DNA of 64,000 nt. It comes from a candidate division WOR-3 bacterium. GTDB taxonomy: Bacteria > Hydrothermota > Tepidihabitantia > Tepidihabitantales > Tepidihabitantaceae. Position numbers and translations under genes: made by a program. Positions 1-10,174 of the stretch are shown here, piece after piece. The notes under the pieces are model-generated. The model saw nothing but the letters and a program-made list of their open reading frames with translations. It did not search any database and was not told where the DNA came from. Position 1 is the first letter of the stretch, and each line of letters begins with the position of its first letter. Location of the stretch: the NCBI GenBank assembly GCA_965649295.1, contig CBFGKH010000002.1, positions 227,202 through 291,201 of the forward strand, given 5' to 3'.

Positions 1-1060
1 GCTCAAGCTGCAGGCGCAGGGTCTCCTTGGTGACGCGGATACCCATTGACGACAGCTCGTGTCGCCGCTTGGTGACGTGGTTCCAGACAAGGATGTCGCC
101 GTTAAGGCCGTGGGTGTCCTTGCCGGTCTCTTTGGATGTGTCGGTGACCCAGTCATCGTAGTCGGCGGCCCGCATCTCGTGCGGGTAGCCGTCTTTGAGC
201 ACCCAGCCGATGCCGATGATGAAGATGGCCGGCGCGTAGTCCTGGAGGATGCGGGTCTCGCGCTGCTTGCGCGGCAGGTCTGGATACCGTTCGAGAATCT
301 CTTCAGCGTGGATGAAGACCAGTTCCTTGGGCAGGTTCGGATAGCGGGGGTCCTTCAGTTGCGGGTACATTTGCTGGACATAGTCCTCAGCGCCGGTGAT
401 GACCTTCCAGATTTTCCGTACCGTGTCCTTGAGATACTCAAGGTTGCGCTGTTCTGGGGTGATGACCTTTTCCCAGTCCCACTGGTCAACGTAGCTGGAG
501 TGGTCATGGTCGAGGAAGTAGTCCTTGCGGACGGCCCGCATGTCGGTATTGATGCCCTCGCCGACCTGACAGCCGTATTGCTTCAGCGCCCACCGCTTCC
601 ACTTGGTCGCAGCCTGAACAATCTGGGCATTGATGCGGGGGCTGATGCCAAGTCCGCAGGGAAACTCGACCGGCGTGCGTGAACCGTCGCGGTCGAGATT
701 GTCGTTCATGCCGCTCTCGCGTTCGACAATCAGCGGCACCTGCACCATCTGCAGGTTAAGTTCTTTGGCCAGGCCGTCTTCGACGAAGCGCTTGACCGCA
801 TAGATGGCGCGCTGGGTTTCTTTGTTGTCGAGAATTGAGCGGTAGCCAACGGGCAGGACCTTTTCGACTTCCTCGTAGGTCGAGACGCCGGGACCGGCCA
901 AGTCGGCGGCCTTGCCGACCTTACCCGGCTTGGGCATGAAGCTTGCGCCCTTTTTCTTGGCTGGCCGGGCAAGCTTCTTGGCGACCTTCTTGCCGACAGG
1001 CCGGCGGGCTGGTTTCTTGGCTGCTTTCTTGACTACCTTCTTCGCTGCCTTCTTTGCCAT
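1..1060 (-). CDS. asnA: Aspartate-ammonia ligase (AsnA), 3' end outside window, with Lys/Ala-rich N-terminal extension
   Basis: Not in ORF track; translated by hand from ATG 1060 (SD AAGGAG). Contains VQAATKWKR, GEGINTDMRAVR, HSSYVDQWDWEKVI, HEMRAADYDDW, GLNGDILVWN and ELSSMGIRV, all AsnA signatures. Confidence 0.95.
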   Translation of the reverse strand, partial: MAKKAAKKVVKKAAKKPARRPVGKKVAKKLARPAKKKGASFMPKPGKVGKAADLAGPGVSTYEEVEKVLPVGYRSILDNKETQRAIYAVKRFVEDGLAKELNLQMVQVPLIVERESGMNDNLDRDGSRTPVEFPCGLGISPRINAQIVQAATKWKRWALKQYGCQVGEGINTDMRAVRKDYFLDHDHSSYVDQWDWEKVITPEQRNLEYLKDTVRKIWKVITGAEDYVQQMYPQLKDPRYPNLPKELVFIHAEEILERYPDLPRKQRETRILQDYAPAIFIIGIGWVLKDGYPHEMRAADYDDWVTDTSKETGKDTHGLNGDILVWNHVTKRRHELSSMGIRVTKETLRLQLE

Positions 1061-1163
1061 CGCTTAGCTCCTTAGGAATAGTGTATTTTGGGCCGGAATT
1101 CCCGCTTTGCTCGGGGCCGGCTGACTATTGGGATTGAACGGGTTAGCAACTTCCGCGGGCCAA

Positions 1164-1191
1164 AGGATAACGCCCCGGCAATCGCTGTCAA
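1164..1191 (-). promoter_or_regulatory. Sigma70-type promoter for asnA
   Basis: TTGACA-N16-TATCCT on minus strand, about 100 nt upstream of the ATG. Confidence 0.6.
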
Positions 1192-2972
1192 GCTGACGGC
1201 CGTTCGCCGGCGAGCTGCTGGTGATAGAGCTGCCAGTATAGTCCCCGGCGGTTGAGCAGTTCGGTAGGGGTGCCGGACTCGACGACCGAGCCGGCATCGA
1301 GCACATAGACAAAGTCGCAGGCGGCCAGGATTGAGAGCCGGTGCGAGATGATGACCACAGTTAGGTCCGCGGTGTGTTCGAGCACCGCCTTCATGAACTC
1401 TTGTTCGGTTGCGGCATCGAGGCTCGAAGTGACGTCGTCAAGCACGAGTATCTCTGGTCGGCCGTATAGTGCCCGCGCGATTGCCATCCGGCCCCGTTGA
1501 CCGCCGGAGAGCCGGAGTCCAGCCTCGCCAATCGGTTCGTCAAGGCCGCTGGGCATTGCTTTGATTTCGGCATCAAGCTGGGCGACCGCTAGGACTTTCT
1601 CTAGCTGCTCGCTGTCGAGCGGTCGGCCGAGCAGGATGTTATCGCGGACAGTGCCCGAGAAAAGGCCGGGCTCCTGTGGTGCATAGCCAATGCGGTCACG
1701 CAGCTGAACGAGGTCATATTCGGCCAGGTCACGGCCGTCATAACCGACGACGCCAGCGTCAGGGTCAACTAGGCGCAGGAGCAGCCGGGCAATCGTGGTC
1801 TTGCCCGAACCGACAGTGCCGGCGATGCCGATGCGCGTGCCGGCCGGGACCGAGATTGTTACCCGATTCAGCGCCGGCCTTGGTTCACCGGCACAGAGAT
1901 AACCATAGCTTACCTTGTCCAACTTGATGTTGGCCCGGGCGGGTGGCGATGCGCTGCCGTGGGGCCGCAGTTCGGTAGGATACTCGGCTAGTTCACGCAA
2001 CCGCTGTTCCTCAACGCCGGTCTGTTTGATCCAGACAAACATGTCGCCGATGCCCATCATCGGCCAGATGAGCATCTGGACATAGGCATTGAAGGCGACG
2101 AACTCACCCAAGGTCAGTCTTCCTTGGATGACCGCGATGCCGCCAGCACCAAGAACCAGCAGGGCGCCGAAGTCGCTGATGCTAGAGAAGAGGGTGTTGA
2201 AGAGCGCGCCCATCTTTGCTCCGCGCAGGGCTGCCCGGATTCGCTTGTCGAGCACCGCTCGGAACCGGGTCGCGGTGCGGTCTTCGAGGGCGTAGGCCTT
2301 GATGAGGCGGCTGCCTGAGTAGGCGGCCTCGAGGAAGTTATTGGTTTGTGACATCATCTCGCGCCAGTCGCGCCACCACTTGTCCCAGACTGGGCCGAGC
2401 CGCAGCCAGACTACCGTCATCAGCGAAACTGGGACCGCGCAGTAGAGGGTGAGCTGCCAGTTGATGCGCAGCAGGATGGCGAGGGTCAGAATAAGCATCA
2501 GCAGCGAGCGGAGTGGCCAGAAGATGCCGGTGGAGACAAAACTGCCGACATCGGTCAGGTCCGCATCGAGCCGAGAGAGGACGTCGCCCGAGGGCAGGCG
2601 GTTGAGGAAGCCGAATCCCTTGTCAAGCAGCCGGCGAAAGATGGTGACGCGGAGCTGGCGGATGAAGCGTTGACTCGTTTCGGTCCACAGGTACGGCTCG
2701 AAGTCTTGAACCAGGGCGTTGCCGATGCCGATACCCAGTAGCACCAGCACCAGTTGTCCGAGTCGCTGGGCTGCGGCCGGGCCAGGAGTGCGCAGACCAG
2801 CAGCGATGGCATCAACGATGAAACCGAGTAGCCGCGGGTAGGCGAGGGCCAGGCCGGTTGTCAGAATGGCGAAGCCGACAAGGCCGACCAGCCGCAACCG
2901 GTGGCGGGACCAGAAGTCGGTCACGAGTTTCATGTCAAGGACGGTTCGGGCACCGGCTGGTCTGGTCATCAT
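1188..2972 (-). CDS. ABC exporter, fused TMD-NBD subunit (MsbA/TM287-like)
   Basis: Hydrophobic N-terminal TM region, Walker A GTVGSGKT, signature LSGGQ, Walker B LVLDD (degenerate site), SHR. Confidence 0.9.
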   Translation of the reverse strand: MMTRPAGARTVLDMKLVTDFWSRHRLRLVGLVGFAILTTGLALAYPRLLGFIVDAIAAGLRTPGPAAAQRLGQLVLVLLGIGIGNALVQDFEPYLWTETSQRFIRQLRVTIFRRLLDKGFGFLNRLPSGDVLSRLDADLTDVGSFVSTGIFWPLRSLLMLILTLAILLRINWQLTLYCAVPVSLMTVVWLRLGPVWDKWWRDWREMMSQTNNFLEAAYSGSRLIKAYALEDRTATRFRAVLDKRIRAALRGAKMGALFNTLFSSISDFGALLVLGAGGIAVIQGRLTLGEFVAFNAYVQMLIWPMMGIGDMFVWIKQTGVEEQRLRELAEYPTELRPHGSASPPARANIKLDKVSYGYLCAGEPRPALNRVTISVPAGTRIGIAGTVGSGKTTIARLLLRLVDPDAGVVGYDGRDLAEYDLVQLRDRIGYAPQEPGLFSGTVRDNILLGRPLDSEQLEKVLAVAQLDAEIKAMPSGLDEPIGEAGLRLSGGQRGRMAIARALYGRPEILVLDDVTSSLDAATEQEFMKAVLEHTADLTVVIISHRLSILAACDFVYVLDAGSVVESGTPTELLNRRGLYWQLYHQQLAGERPSA

Positions 2973-4825
2973 CCCTCGCGACTATTAGAACTTTGGGCCG
3001 GGCAGTCGGTCGCAGTCAGATATTGGAGCCGAAACAACTGCTGATACTGGCCGTCCTGGGCCAGTAGTTCAGCGTGAGTGCCCTGTTGTACCACCCGGCC
3101 GGCTGCGACGACGAGGATGCGGTCAGCCATTTGGACTGTTGCCAGACGGTGGGCGATGAGGATGGCGGTTCGGCCCGCGAGCAGTTCCCTGATGCCTTCT
3201 TGAATCAGTCGCTCGGTCTCGGGGTCAACCGACGAGGTTGCCTCGTCGAGGATGAGAATCTCGGGGTCGAGGACGAAGGCTCGCGCAATCGCCAAGAGTT
3301 GGCGCTCACCGAGGGAGAGATTGAGACCGCGTTCGACAAGATTGGTTTCGTAGCCATCCGGGAGTGCGACCAGCCGTTCGTGAATCCGGGCACGGCGGGC
3401 CGCGGCCAAGACCCGCTCGGCCGGAATCGTCTCATCAAAGAGACGCAAGTTATCAAGCACGGTGCCGGGAAAGAGCATCACCTCCTGGGGGACGAATCCG
3501 ATTCGCTGGCGCAAGGAGCGAGCATCGAGGTCACGGATATCGGTGCCGTCAAATAGAATCCGGCCGCTCTGCGGCTGGTAGAGTTTGAGGGCGAGGGCGA
3601 CAATCGAGGTTTTGCCACCGCCGGTCTCTCCGACTAAGGCTACGCGTTCGCCGCGGCGGACAGTGAAGCTGACATTGGCAAGCGCGGCGGGCCGGCCCGG
3701 ATAGGCGAAGGTTACGTCCTCGAAGCGTAGTTCGCTACTCAGCCGTTCGAAGTGCTGGCCGGCAAGCGGTTCTTCGGGTTGGTCGAGCAAGCCGAACACC
3801 CGCTGGGCCGAAGCCACAGCGCGTTGGGCAACGTTGACCTGCTGGGAAAGGCCGCGCAGGGGTCCAAACAGCCGGCTGATGTAGGAGTAGAAAAGAAAAA
3901 GGCCGCCGACAGTCAGCGAACCGCGTAGAGTCCAGAGACCGCCCAAGCCAAGGACAGCGGCAAGGGCGGCAACCTCGCCGATGTCCAGTAGCAGCCAGAA
4001 GAAGAGCCAGAGTTGCTGGCCGCGCAGCTCCTGTTGGTAGCGGTGGCGGTTGAGTTCATCGAACCTGGCACCAAACCAGTCCTGGCGATTGAAGGCCTGC
4101 ACTACCGGCAACGCGTGCAGCGCCTCGGTGATGAAATTGTTTACCGCGGCCGCGGTCTTGCGAATGGCAAGATAGAGTGGCTGGACCCGACGCTGCAGCA
4201 AGAGGAGTCCAGCGGCGAAGATTGGCAGTAGCGAGAAGACAATCAGGAATAGCCGCCAGTTGACCGTTGCCATCACGATGCCCATCCCGACGACGAGGAC
4301 GAGATTGCGGGCGAGGGAGGTGACGGTTGTGGCGAAGAGCTCGCGTAGTGCCTCGCAGTCGCCTTCGGTGCGGGTGATGAGCTTGCCGACAGCAAGGCTA
4401 TCGAGCGTGGTTGTCGGTAACCGGAGAACGTGATGGAAGATGGCGTGCTTCAGATCAGCGGTCGCCCTTTCGCCGACCCGGGCAAGAACAAGCGCCTGGG
4501 CGTAACCGGTTGCACCAGTGCCCAGCAGAACGAGCAGGTAATAACCGGCGGTGCGCAGTAGCCCGGGTAGGTTCTTGCTGGCGATGTCAACGTCAATTGC
4601 GTGCTTGACGATAATCGGGCCGAGCAGGCCGAGCAGGGCCGAGGCCAGCAGCAGGCCGGCAGCGAGAATGACCAGCCCCAGATGACGACGAAAGTAAGGC
4701 CAGGCCCGGCCCAGATAGGAGATACCAGCACCGGTTCGTGCTGGCACCGATTCGCTATCGAACTCCTCTTTGAACAAAAGGCGCTCCCGGTCGAGAATCC
4801 TAGCTACCGGCAGCGCTTCAGTCAA
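2969..4825 (-). CDS. ABC exporter, fused TMD-NBD subunit (heterodimer partner)
   Basis: Walker A GETGGGKT, LSLGE, ILDEATSS, AHRL; 4-nt overlap with next gene; TTG start uncertain. Confidence 0.9.
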   Translation of the reverse strand: MTEALPVARILDRERLLFKEEFDSESVPARTGAGISYLGRAWPYFRRHLGLVILAAGLLLASALLGLLGPIIVKHAIDVDIASKNLPGLLRTAGYYLLVLLGTGATGYAQALVLARVGERATADLKHAIFHHVLRLPTTTLDSLAVGKLITRTEGDCEALRELFATTVTSLARNLVLVVGMGIVMATVNWRLFLIVFSLLPIFAAGLLLLQRRVQPLYLAIRKTAAAVNNFITEALHALPVVQAFNRQDWFGARFDELNRHRYQQELRGQQLWLFFWLLLDIGEVAALAAVLGLGGLWTLRGSLTVGGLFLFYSYISRLFGPLRGLSQQVNVAQRAVASAQRVFGLLDQPEEPLAGQHFERLSSELRFEDVTFAYPGRPAALANVSFTVRRGERVALVGETGGGKTSIVALALKLYQPQSGRILFDGTDIRDLDARSLRQRIGFVPQEVMLFPGTVLDNLRLFDETIPAERVLAAARRARIHERLVALPDGYETNLVERGLNLSLGERQLLAIARAFVLDPEILILDEATSSVDPETERLIQEGIRELLAGRTAILIAHRLATVQMADRILVVAAGRVVQQGTHAELLAQDGQYQQLFRLQYLTATDCPAQSSNSREG

Positions 4826-4945
4826 ACAGGCACGAAGCCTGGTACTGCCGGTCGGACATGACGATTACTGAATGTAACGTCGCGGCCACCCGATTCAGCC
4901 TTCTAGCACGGGGTTTGCGAGGTTACGTCCAGAAATACCCCTGAG

Positions 4946-7564
4946 CTAGCGCAGAAGCCTTATTTCGGCTGTTGCCGCCTGTCCGTTACCTTTGGCCCGA
5001 ACCAGATAGACGCCAGCCGGCAATTGGCGGCCGTCCGCGTCAGTACCGTCCCAGCAGAACTCAGGGTCGCGAATCTCGCGGACAGTGCGTCCCTGGACGT
5101 CATAGATTCGTGCTGACCAACCAGCCGGCAGACGAATGAGCGTGCTGGTCCTGAATACACTGGGGCTTGCCGCAACTGGCAATCGTCTCGGGGACGGCGC
5201 CCGGGCTTCGGCGACACCGGGAAACGGCCCGAACTTGCCAAACACCCGCCAGGTGTTGTAGGTTCGGCCATTGACGAACCCGGCCCAGTCGGTCCAGGTC
5301 AGGAGCAACTCGCTGCAACAGCCGCGAGTGTAAACTGGGTACATCGCCTGGCCAAGACGGAGGATGGTGAAGGTGTCACGAACGGTTCCGTCAATGCGCA
5401 GCCGGACACCGCGCAGACCACCTTCGCTAATCCAGACCAGTTGATGGTCAGTGGCGTCGAATTCCATTGCCAATTGACGATAGTCCCGGAAGTCCATTGG
5501 CCCGCCGACTCTGATGCCGCTAGGGTCGAGCACGGTGCCGGCTCGACTCACTCGAGCAGCATAGACCCAGGGCTCACCAGTGCGAAAGTCTTGCCAGGCG
5601 ACCGCGTAGTTGGCGCCGTCGAAACTGACCGCCGGGAAAACCTGGTAGTCAGGCGCGACGCTGATAGGAATTCCGGCGGTGTCAAGAATCCGGCCATCCT
5701 GGCTGACGCGGGTGCCATAGACCTCGGGATAGTCAATGTCGTGGCCGTCGGTCCAGACTACAAGCCAGTTCTGACCGTCGAAGGCGGCACTGCTGTAGGC
5801 CCGCGGTAAGTCAGGAGAGCCGACAGCAATCCCGGCCGGGTCAAGGACCCGGCCGGCTCGGCTCACCCTACCGACCTTGACATTAGCCCAGGTCATTTCC
5901 GAATACTCTGTCCACGTCACAAGATAGCAGGTGTCGCCGAACACGACATCGGGCATCAGAATGTAGGTTCCGGGCTCGGTTGGTACGAAGAGTCGCAGCT
6001 CGTTCGTATCAATCACGACTCCGTCTGGCGTAACTCTCGCACCCCGAATCTCATAGGTGTAGGTCGTTTCGTCCTCTTGAATCCAGACCACGAGATAGTT
6101 CGTGCCATCGAACGCTACCCGCGCATCATGCTGCCAACCTGGTGCGCGGCTGACTGGGAATGAACGGGGGTCAAGCTGGACACCGGTCTGACTCAGTCTG
6201 ATGCCGTTGATGTGGGTGTTTGGGGACTGTCCCTGCTCAGAGAAGACAATCAGGTAGTTCGTGCCGTCAAACGCGCCATCGGCCATGGCCTGAGGGTTGG
6301 CAGCGATAATCACGCCAAAGCCGCCTGGGTCCGGGGTGGTGCCGGCTTGGGTTACCCGCCCAGCAAAGACCGCGGCGTCATCCGTCCATACCACAAGCCA
6401 GCCAACTGCCAATTGTGGCCGGCCGCGGTAGCTACCCGGAAAGGGATTGGTCATCACAATGCCGGCTGAATCGAGTCTGATTCCCTGTTCAGTCAACCGG
6501 CTGGCCACGATGTTCCATACACTTATCGAGTCAACGGCAAGCCAAGCGATGAGATAGCTTGACCCGGTCCACTCAATCGCCGCCTGCAGTTCCCAGTCAC
6601 CGTCTTCGGTTAGAGCGATGCCTTGGGGGTCGAGCACAACTCCTGCCCTGGTCACCCGTGCACCAGCAATGCAGTATGCCCAGTTGAGCGTGTCGTCCTG
6701 AGTCCAGACCACAAATGAACCGGCCGGTCCGGAAGCTACAGCCGGCATCATCCGCCAGAACTGTCCGATTGCGATGCCGATGCCCTGGGGATCAAGCACG
6801 ATTCCGGCGGGACTCACCCGCGCGCCGTAGATGTCGCTACCCGAGTTGCGCTGGTCCTCCCAGACAACGAGCCAGTTTTCGCCGTCGAAGCTGACATCAG
6901 GATACTGCTGAGTTTCGGCGGTAACGCCAATCGGTAGTCCGCTCGGGTCGAGCACAATCCCGTCCTGAGTCACTCGGGCACCGTAGATGTCATCGAGGGT
7001 GGTCGCATAATTGCGGTCGTCAACCCAAACGACTAGTGCCTCGTCGCCATTGCTGGCCACCGCCGGCGAATAGACGTTCCACCAGCCAGTAGCGATGGTG
7101 AAGCCGTCGGGATCGAGCACCACTCCGTCCGGGCTGATTCTGGCACCACGTATTTCCCCGGGCTCTGTCCAAACAGTTAGGAAGTTTTCGCCATCATAGG
7201 CTACCGTTGGCCAGGAACCGGTTGCGCTGATGGCGATGCTTGTTGTATCAACGACCACTCCGGACGGTTCAATCCGTGCACCGCGAATACCACCGCTCAT
7301 GTAGTCTTGCCAGACAACAAACCAGCAGCCAGCGCCCCAGGCCGCAACGGGTGCATCCCCAGAGCCTGGGCGGTGGACAATTGCGGTGTCAACAAGGAAC
7401 TCGCCCCAGTTGCGACTCGAGCTGCTGTCGGGATGCTTTGCCAACTGTCTGTTGGCTGGCAGCCGCCAGTCAAACGGCTTCTTGTTGGCTCGAACGCTTT
7501 CGCCCGCAGCCGCGATTGCGATCAGAGCCAGTAGCGAAGACCAGACCATGACCTGCCGCTGCAT
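4946..7564 (-). CDS. Secreted repeat protein (probable beta-propeller) with FlgD-Ig/T9SS-like C-terminal domain
   Basis: Signal peptide; about 13 repeats of PxVAFDGxNxLVVW...IYGARVxxxGxVLDPxGI; C-terminus IYDVQGR...WDGTD...LPAGVY. Confidence 0.75.
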   Translation of the reverse strand: MQRQVMVWSSLLALIAIAAAGESVRANKKPFDWRLPANRQLAKHPDSSSSRNWGEFLVDTAIVHRPGSGDAPVAAWGAGCWFVVWQDYMSGGIRGARIEPSGVVVDTTSIAISATGSWPTVAYDGENFLTVWTEPGEIRGARISPDGVVLDPDGFTIATGWWNVYSPAVASNGDEALVVWVDDRNYATTLDDIYGARVTQDGIVLDPSGLPIGVTAETQQYPDVSFDGENWLVVWEDQRNSGSDIYGARVSPAGIVLDPQGIGIAIGQFWRMMPAVASGPAGSFVVWTQDDTLNWAYCIAGARVTRAGVVLDPQGIALTEDGDWELQAAIEWTGSSYLIAWLAVDSISVWNIVASRLTEQGIRLDSAGIVMTNPFPGSYRGRPQLAVGWLVVWTDDAAVFAGRVTQAGTTPDPGGFGVIIAANPQAMADGAFDGTNYLIVFSEQGQSPNTHINGIRLSQTGVQLDPRSFPVSRAPGWQHDARVAFDGTNYLVVWIQEDETTYTYEIRGARVTPDGVVIDTNELRLFVPTEPGTYILMPDVVFGDTCYLVTWTEYSEMTWANVKVGRVSRAGRVLDPAGIAVGSPDLPRAYSSAAFDGQNWLVVWTDGHDIDYPEVYGTRVSQDGRILDTAGIPISVAPDYQVFPAVSFDGANYAVAWQDFRTGEPWVYAARVSRAGTVLDPSGIRVGGPMDFRDYRQLAMEFDATDHQLVWISEGGLRGVRLRIDGTVRDTFTILRLGQAMYPVYTRGCCSELLLTWTDWAGFVNGRTYNTWRVFGKFGPFPGVAEARAPSPRRLPVAASPSVFRTSTLIRLPAGWSARIYDVQGRTVREIRDPEFCWDGTDADGRQLPAGVYLVRAKGNGQAATAEIRLLR

Positions 7565-7645
7565 AACGCCTCCTGATTACAGTCTGGGCACCTCTAGGAC
7601 GGTAGCGATGCTGATTGCCTGCCTGTCAGCCCCGACTGCTACCCA

Positions 7646-7673
7646 ATTATTGAGCGCTACTGGCGGCTGTCAA
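7646..7673 (-). promoter_or_regulatory. Sigma70-type promoter for the secreted repeat protein
   Basis: TTGACA-N16-AATAAT on minus strand. Confidence 0.5.
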
Positions 7674-7727
7674 CCTGCTATTGGTCTGATTTCGGTCGGC
7701 CGGTGCCCGCGCCTGTCGGTAGTCCTG

Positions 7728-8129
7728 CTACTGAATGAAGCCGTGCGAGCGGAACCGGCCGACGATGGTGTCTTTGGGCACGGCGCCGACGATGCGCGAC
7801 AGCTCGTTGCCGTCTTTGTCGAGGAAGACCAGCGTCGGCACGGCCTGAATACCGAACTTGCTGGCCAGCTCGCCGTTCTTATCAACGTCAATTGACTTAA
7901 TCTCAATCTTGCCGGCGTATTCGGTTTCGAGCGCCTCAATGGTTGGCTTGAGCGCCTTGCAGGGCGGGCACCAGGTGGCCCAAAAGTCCCAGAGCTTGGG
8001 CAGACCGGCTGTTTCGGTCTGAGGCTTGGTTGTTTCCTCTTTGGCAGTTGGTGCGGGAGTGTTTTTGGCGCCGCTGCAGCCAGCTAAGGTCAGCATGAGT
8101 ACAGCGAGGCCGGTTAGCATCAGTCTCAT
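7728..8129 (-). CDS. Thioredoxin-family lipoprotein
   Basis: ATG 8129 after SD AAGGAGG; lipobox LAGC; WCPPC active site; cis-Pro motif AVPTL. Confidence 0.9.
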   Translation of the reverse strand: MRLMLTGLAVLMLTLAGCSGAKNTPAPTAKEETTKPQTETAGLPKLWDFWATWCPPCKALKPTIEALETEYAGKIEIKSIDVDKNGELASKFGIQAVPTLVFLDKDGNELSRIVGAVPKDTIVGRFRSHGFIQ

Positions 8130-8149
8130 TTGGTTCCTCCTTATTCGCT

Positions 8150-10162
8150 TTAGTCGGTCAGCACGAACTTCGTCAGCGGCCCGGTCTCGGTGCCGCTGGC
8201 TTGAACAAAATAGACGCCAGCCGGTAGCGCTGGCCGCCAATACAGTTCTCGTCCGGTCACTGGAAGTTGCGCTCGGGCACGGCCAGATAGGTCGAGAACC
8301 CTGAACTGCCGGACTTCGGTCTGGTCGAACTTCAGGTGTACTGGCATCCCGCGTCGCGCCGGACTGGGCAGCGTTGAAAGCAGTCGCGGGCCATGGAATG
8401 GGTTCTGCCCCGGCTCGGCAATGCCGGTGACATAGCAGCTATCCAGAATCCAGTTATCCGGGTCAAAGGTCAGGCCTTGCGGTTGGGTAGGGACCAGGAA
8501 CGTGTCGGTCTGGGGATTGGTCTGGGGCCGCAGGGTGATTAGCGTGCTCTCGCCAGGGCAGTTCACTCGCACCGGCAGGGGCATCCGGTAGCAGACCGGG
8601 CCACCTGGGCCATTGGTCTGGCTGAGGGTCGTGATAATGCGGAACGAGTCGCCAGCCGGCTGAACTGACCAGTTGAGATAGTATTTGGGGTAGCCAGCCG
8701 CATAGACCCAGTCGTCGAAGAACCAGACGAGGTCTTGACCAAGCTCCTGTTCGCAGATGCGGCGCAGGTCGTCAGTCGAAGCCGTGCCGTAGCGGAATGA
8801 GTCAGCATAGACCCGCAAGGCCCGAAACAGTCTGCCGGGCTGTTCCCAAGCGGTGTCGCCGGCCACGAACTGCAGCATCCGCAGCACCCAGGCGCCTTTG
8901 CAGTAGATGGTGCCGTAGTTGTAGATTTCGGCCTCAGGCGGGTTGTACATTGAGAACCGACGCGAGCGGTCCTGACTGAAAACCGAGCGGGCCAGGCCGG
9001 CAATGTAGGTGTTGAACGCGGCCCGGCCACGTTGATAACCGTAGAAGAGACACTCTGCCCAGGTTGCGAACCCCTCGTTGAGCCAGACGTTGCGGAAGTC
9101 AACGCAGGTGACCATATCCCCGAACCACATATGCGACATTTCGTGGGCCATGCCGATGTCGTTGCCGTTGAGCCACTGGGCATTAATCATCGTCAGGGTT
9201 TGATTCTCCATCCCGCCCCAGGGAAAGGCGTAATAGCCGACAGTCTGGCCGTATTTCTCGAACGGATAAGCGCCGAATCGCAGGGTGTCTGAGTAGTAGC
9301 GCATTATCTCGGGCAGCCGGGCAAAGGCGATGTGGGACTGGGCTGAGTCGCCCGGCCAGATGAAATGGAGGGCCGGTACGATTACGCCGGTGCCGGTAGG
9401 CAGGGCCTGTTGCCATGACGCGAACCTTGATGCACTGAAGGTTATGAGGTAGGTGGCAATCGCGTAGCGGTGGCTCCACCAGTAGGTCTTGGTGCCGTTG
9501 CCGTTGTCGGTCACGCTGTCGAGCAGGCCGTTGGCACAGGTCTGGAAGGTATCGGGCACGGTCAGGTTCAGCTCGACGCCCCGCTCGGCCTTGTCCAGGG
9601 GCTCATCATAGCACGGCAGCCAGTAGCGGCAGTCGCGCGGCGGAGTGCAGGTCATCGCAAACGCCCGGTAGATTCGGGGTGGTTTGGCAAAGTAGTAACC
9701 CCGCAGCGGCGTGTTGGGCAGCCGGCGGTAGTAGATGTCAATGACCGTTGAGTCGCCTTGGGCCAGACTGGCGTCAAGGAAGACGGCGAGGGTCGTATCA
9801 GTGGTGATAAACCGCAGCGGCACGCCATTCCGCTTTACCGAGTCGCAGGTGAGGTTGCAGAAGTGGAGCGTGAAGGAGTCGAGCAGCGGCACGTCGCTGC
9901 GAATAGCGATGCCGGCGTGGGCAGTATAGGAGCTGTCGGTCATCGGTAGGTCTATATCAATCCGATAATGCCGGACGTTATAGGAGTGGAGCGACTCGGC
10001 AACGGTCGCGCCCTGATAGCGGAGCCTTGCCGCTCCGCACGGTGGCCCCAGCTCGGTTGTCGGCCTTGGCCCGAGCAGCCAGTCGTCATCAGCCTGTGCC
10101 GAAACCCGGCTCGCCAACAAGCCAGCAAGAACGCAAAGCACACCAAGACTGATACGTTTCAT
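8150..10162 (-). CDS. Secreted M1-family aminopeptidase with C-terminal sorting-like domain
   Basis: Signal peptide, GGMEN, HEMSH-x18-E (WLNEG), YCKGA; C-terminus LPAGVYF. Confidence 0.9.
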   Translation of the reverse strand: MKRISLGVLCVLAGLLASRVSAQADDDWLLGPRPTTELGPPCGAARLRYQGATVAESLHSYNVRHYRIDIDLPMTDSSYTAHAGIAIRSDVPLLDSFTLHFCNLTCDSVKRNGVPLRFITTDTTLAVFLDASLAQGDSTVIDIYYRRLPNTPLRGYYFAKPPRIYRAFAMTCTPPRDCRYWLPCYDEPLDKAERGVELNLTVPDTFQTCANGLLDSVTDNGNGTKTYWWSHRYAIATYLITFSASRFASWQQALPTGTGVIVPALHFIWPGDSAQSHIAFARLPEIMRYYSDTLRFGAYPFEKYGQTVGYYAFPWGGMENQTLTMINAQWLNGNDIGMAHEMSHMWFGDMVTCVDFRNVWLNEGFATWAECLFYGYQRGRAAFNTYIAGLARSVFSQDRSRRFSMYNPPEAEIYNYGTIYCKGAWVLRMLQFVAGDTAWEQPGRLFRALRVYADSFRYGTASTDDLRRICEQELGQDLVWFFDDWVYAAGYPKYYLNWSVQPAGDSFRIITTLSQTNGPGGPVCYRMPLPVRVNCPGESTLITLRPQTNPQTDTFLVPTQPQGLTFDPDNWILDSCYVTGIAEPGQNPFHGPRLLSTLPSPARRGMPVHLKFDQTEVRQFRVLDLSGRARAQLPVTGRELYWRPALPAGVYFVQASGTETGPLTKFVLTD

Positions 10163-10174
10163 CGCTCCGCCCGC

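Noticed and set aside
59..682. 207-aa plus-strand ORF
   Set aside because: Antisense shadow of asnA, which has clear motifs on the minus strand
4818..4859. 13-codon uORF or frameshifted start of the ABC exporter
   Set aside because: No convincing promoter or SD, and no homolog comparison available to support it
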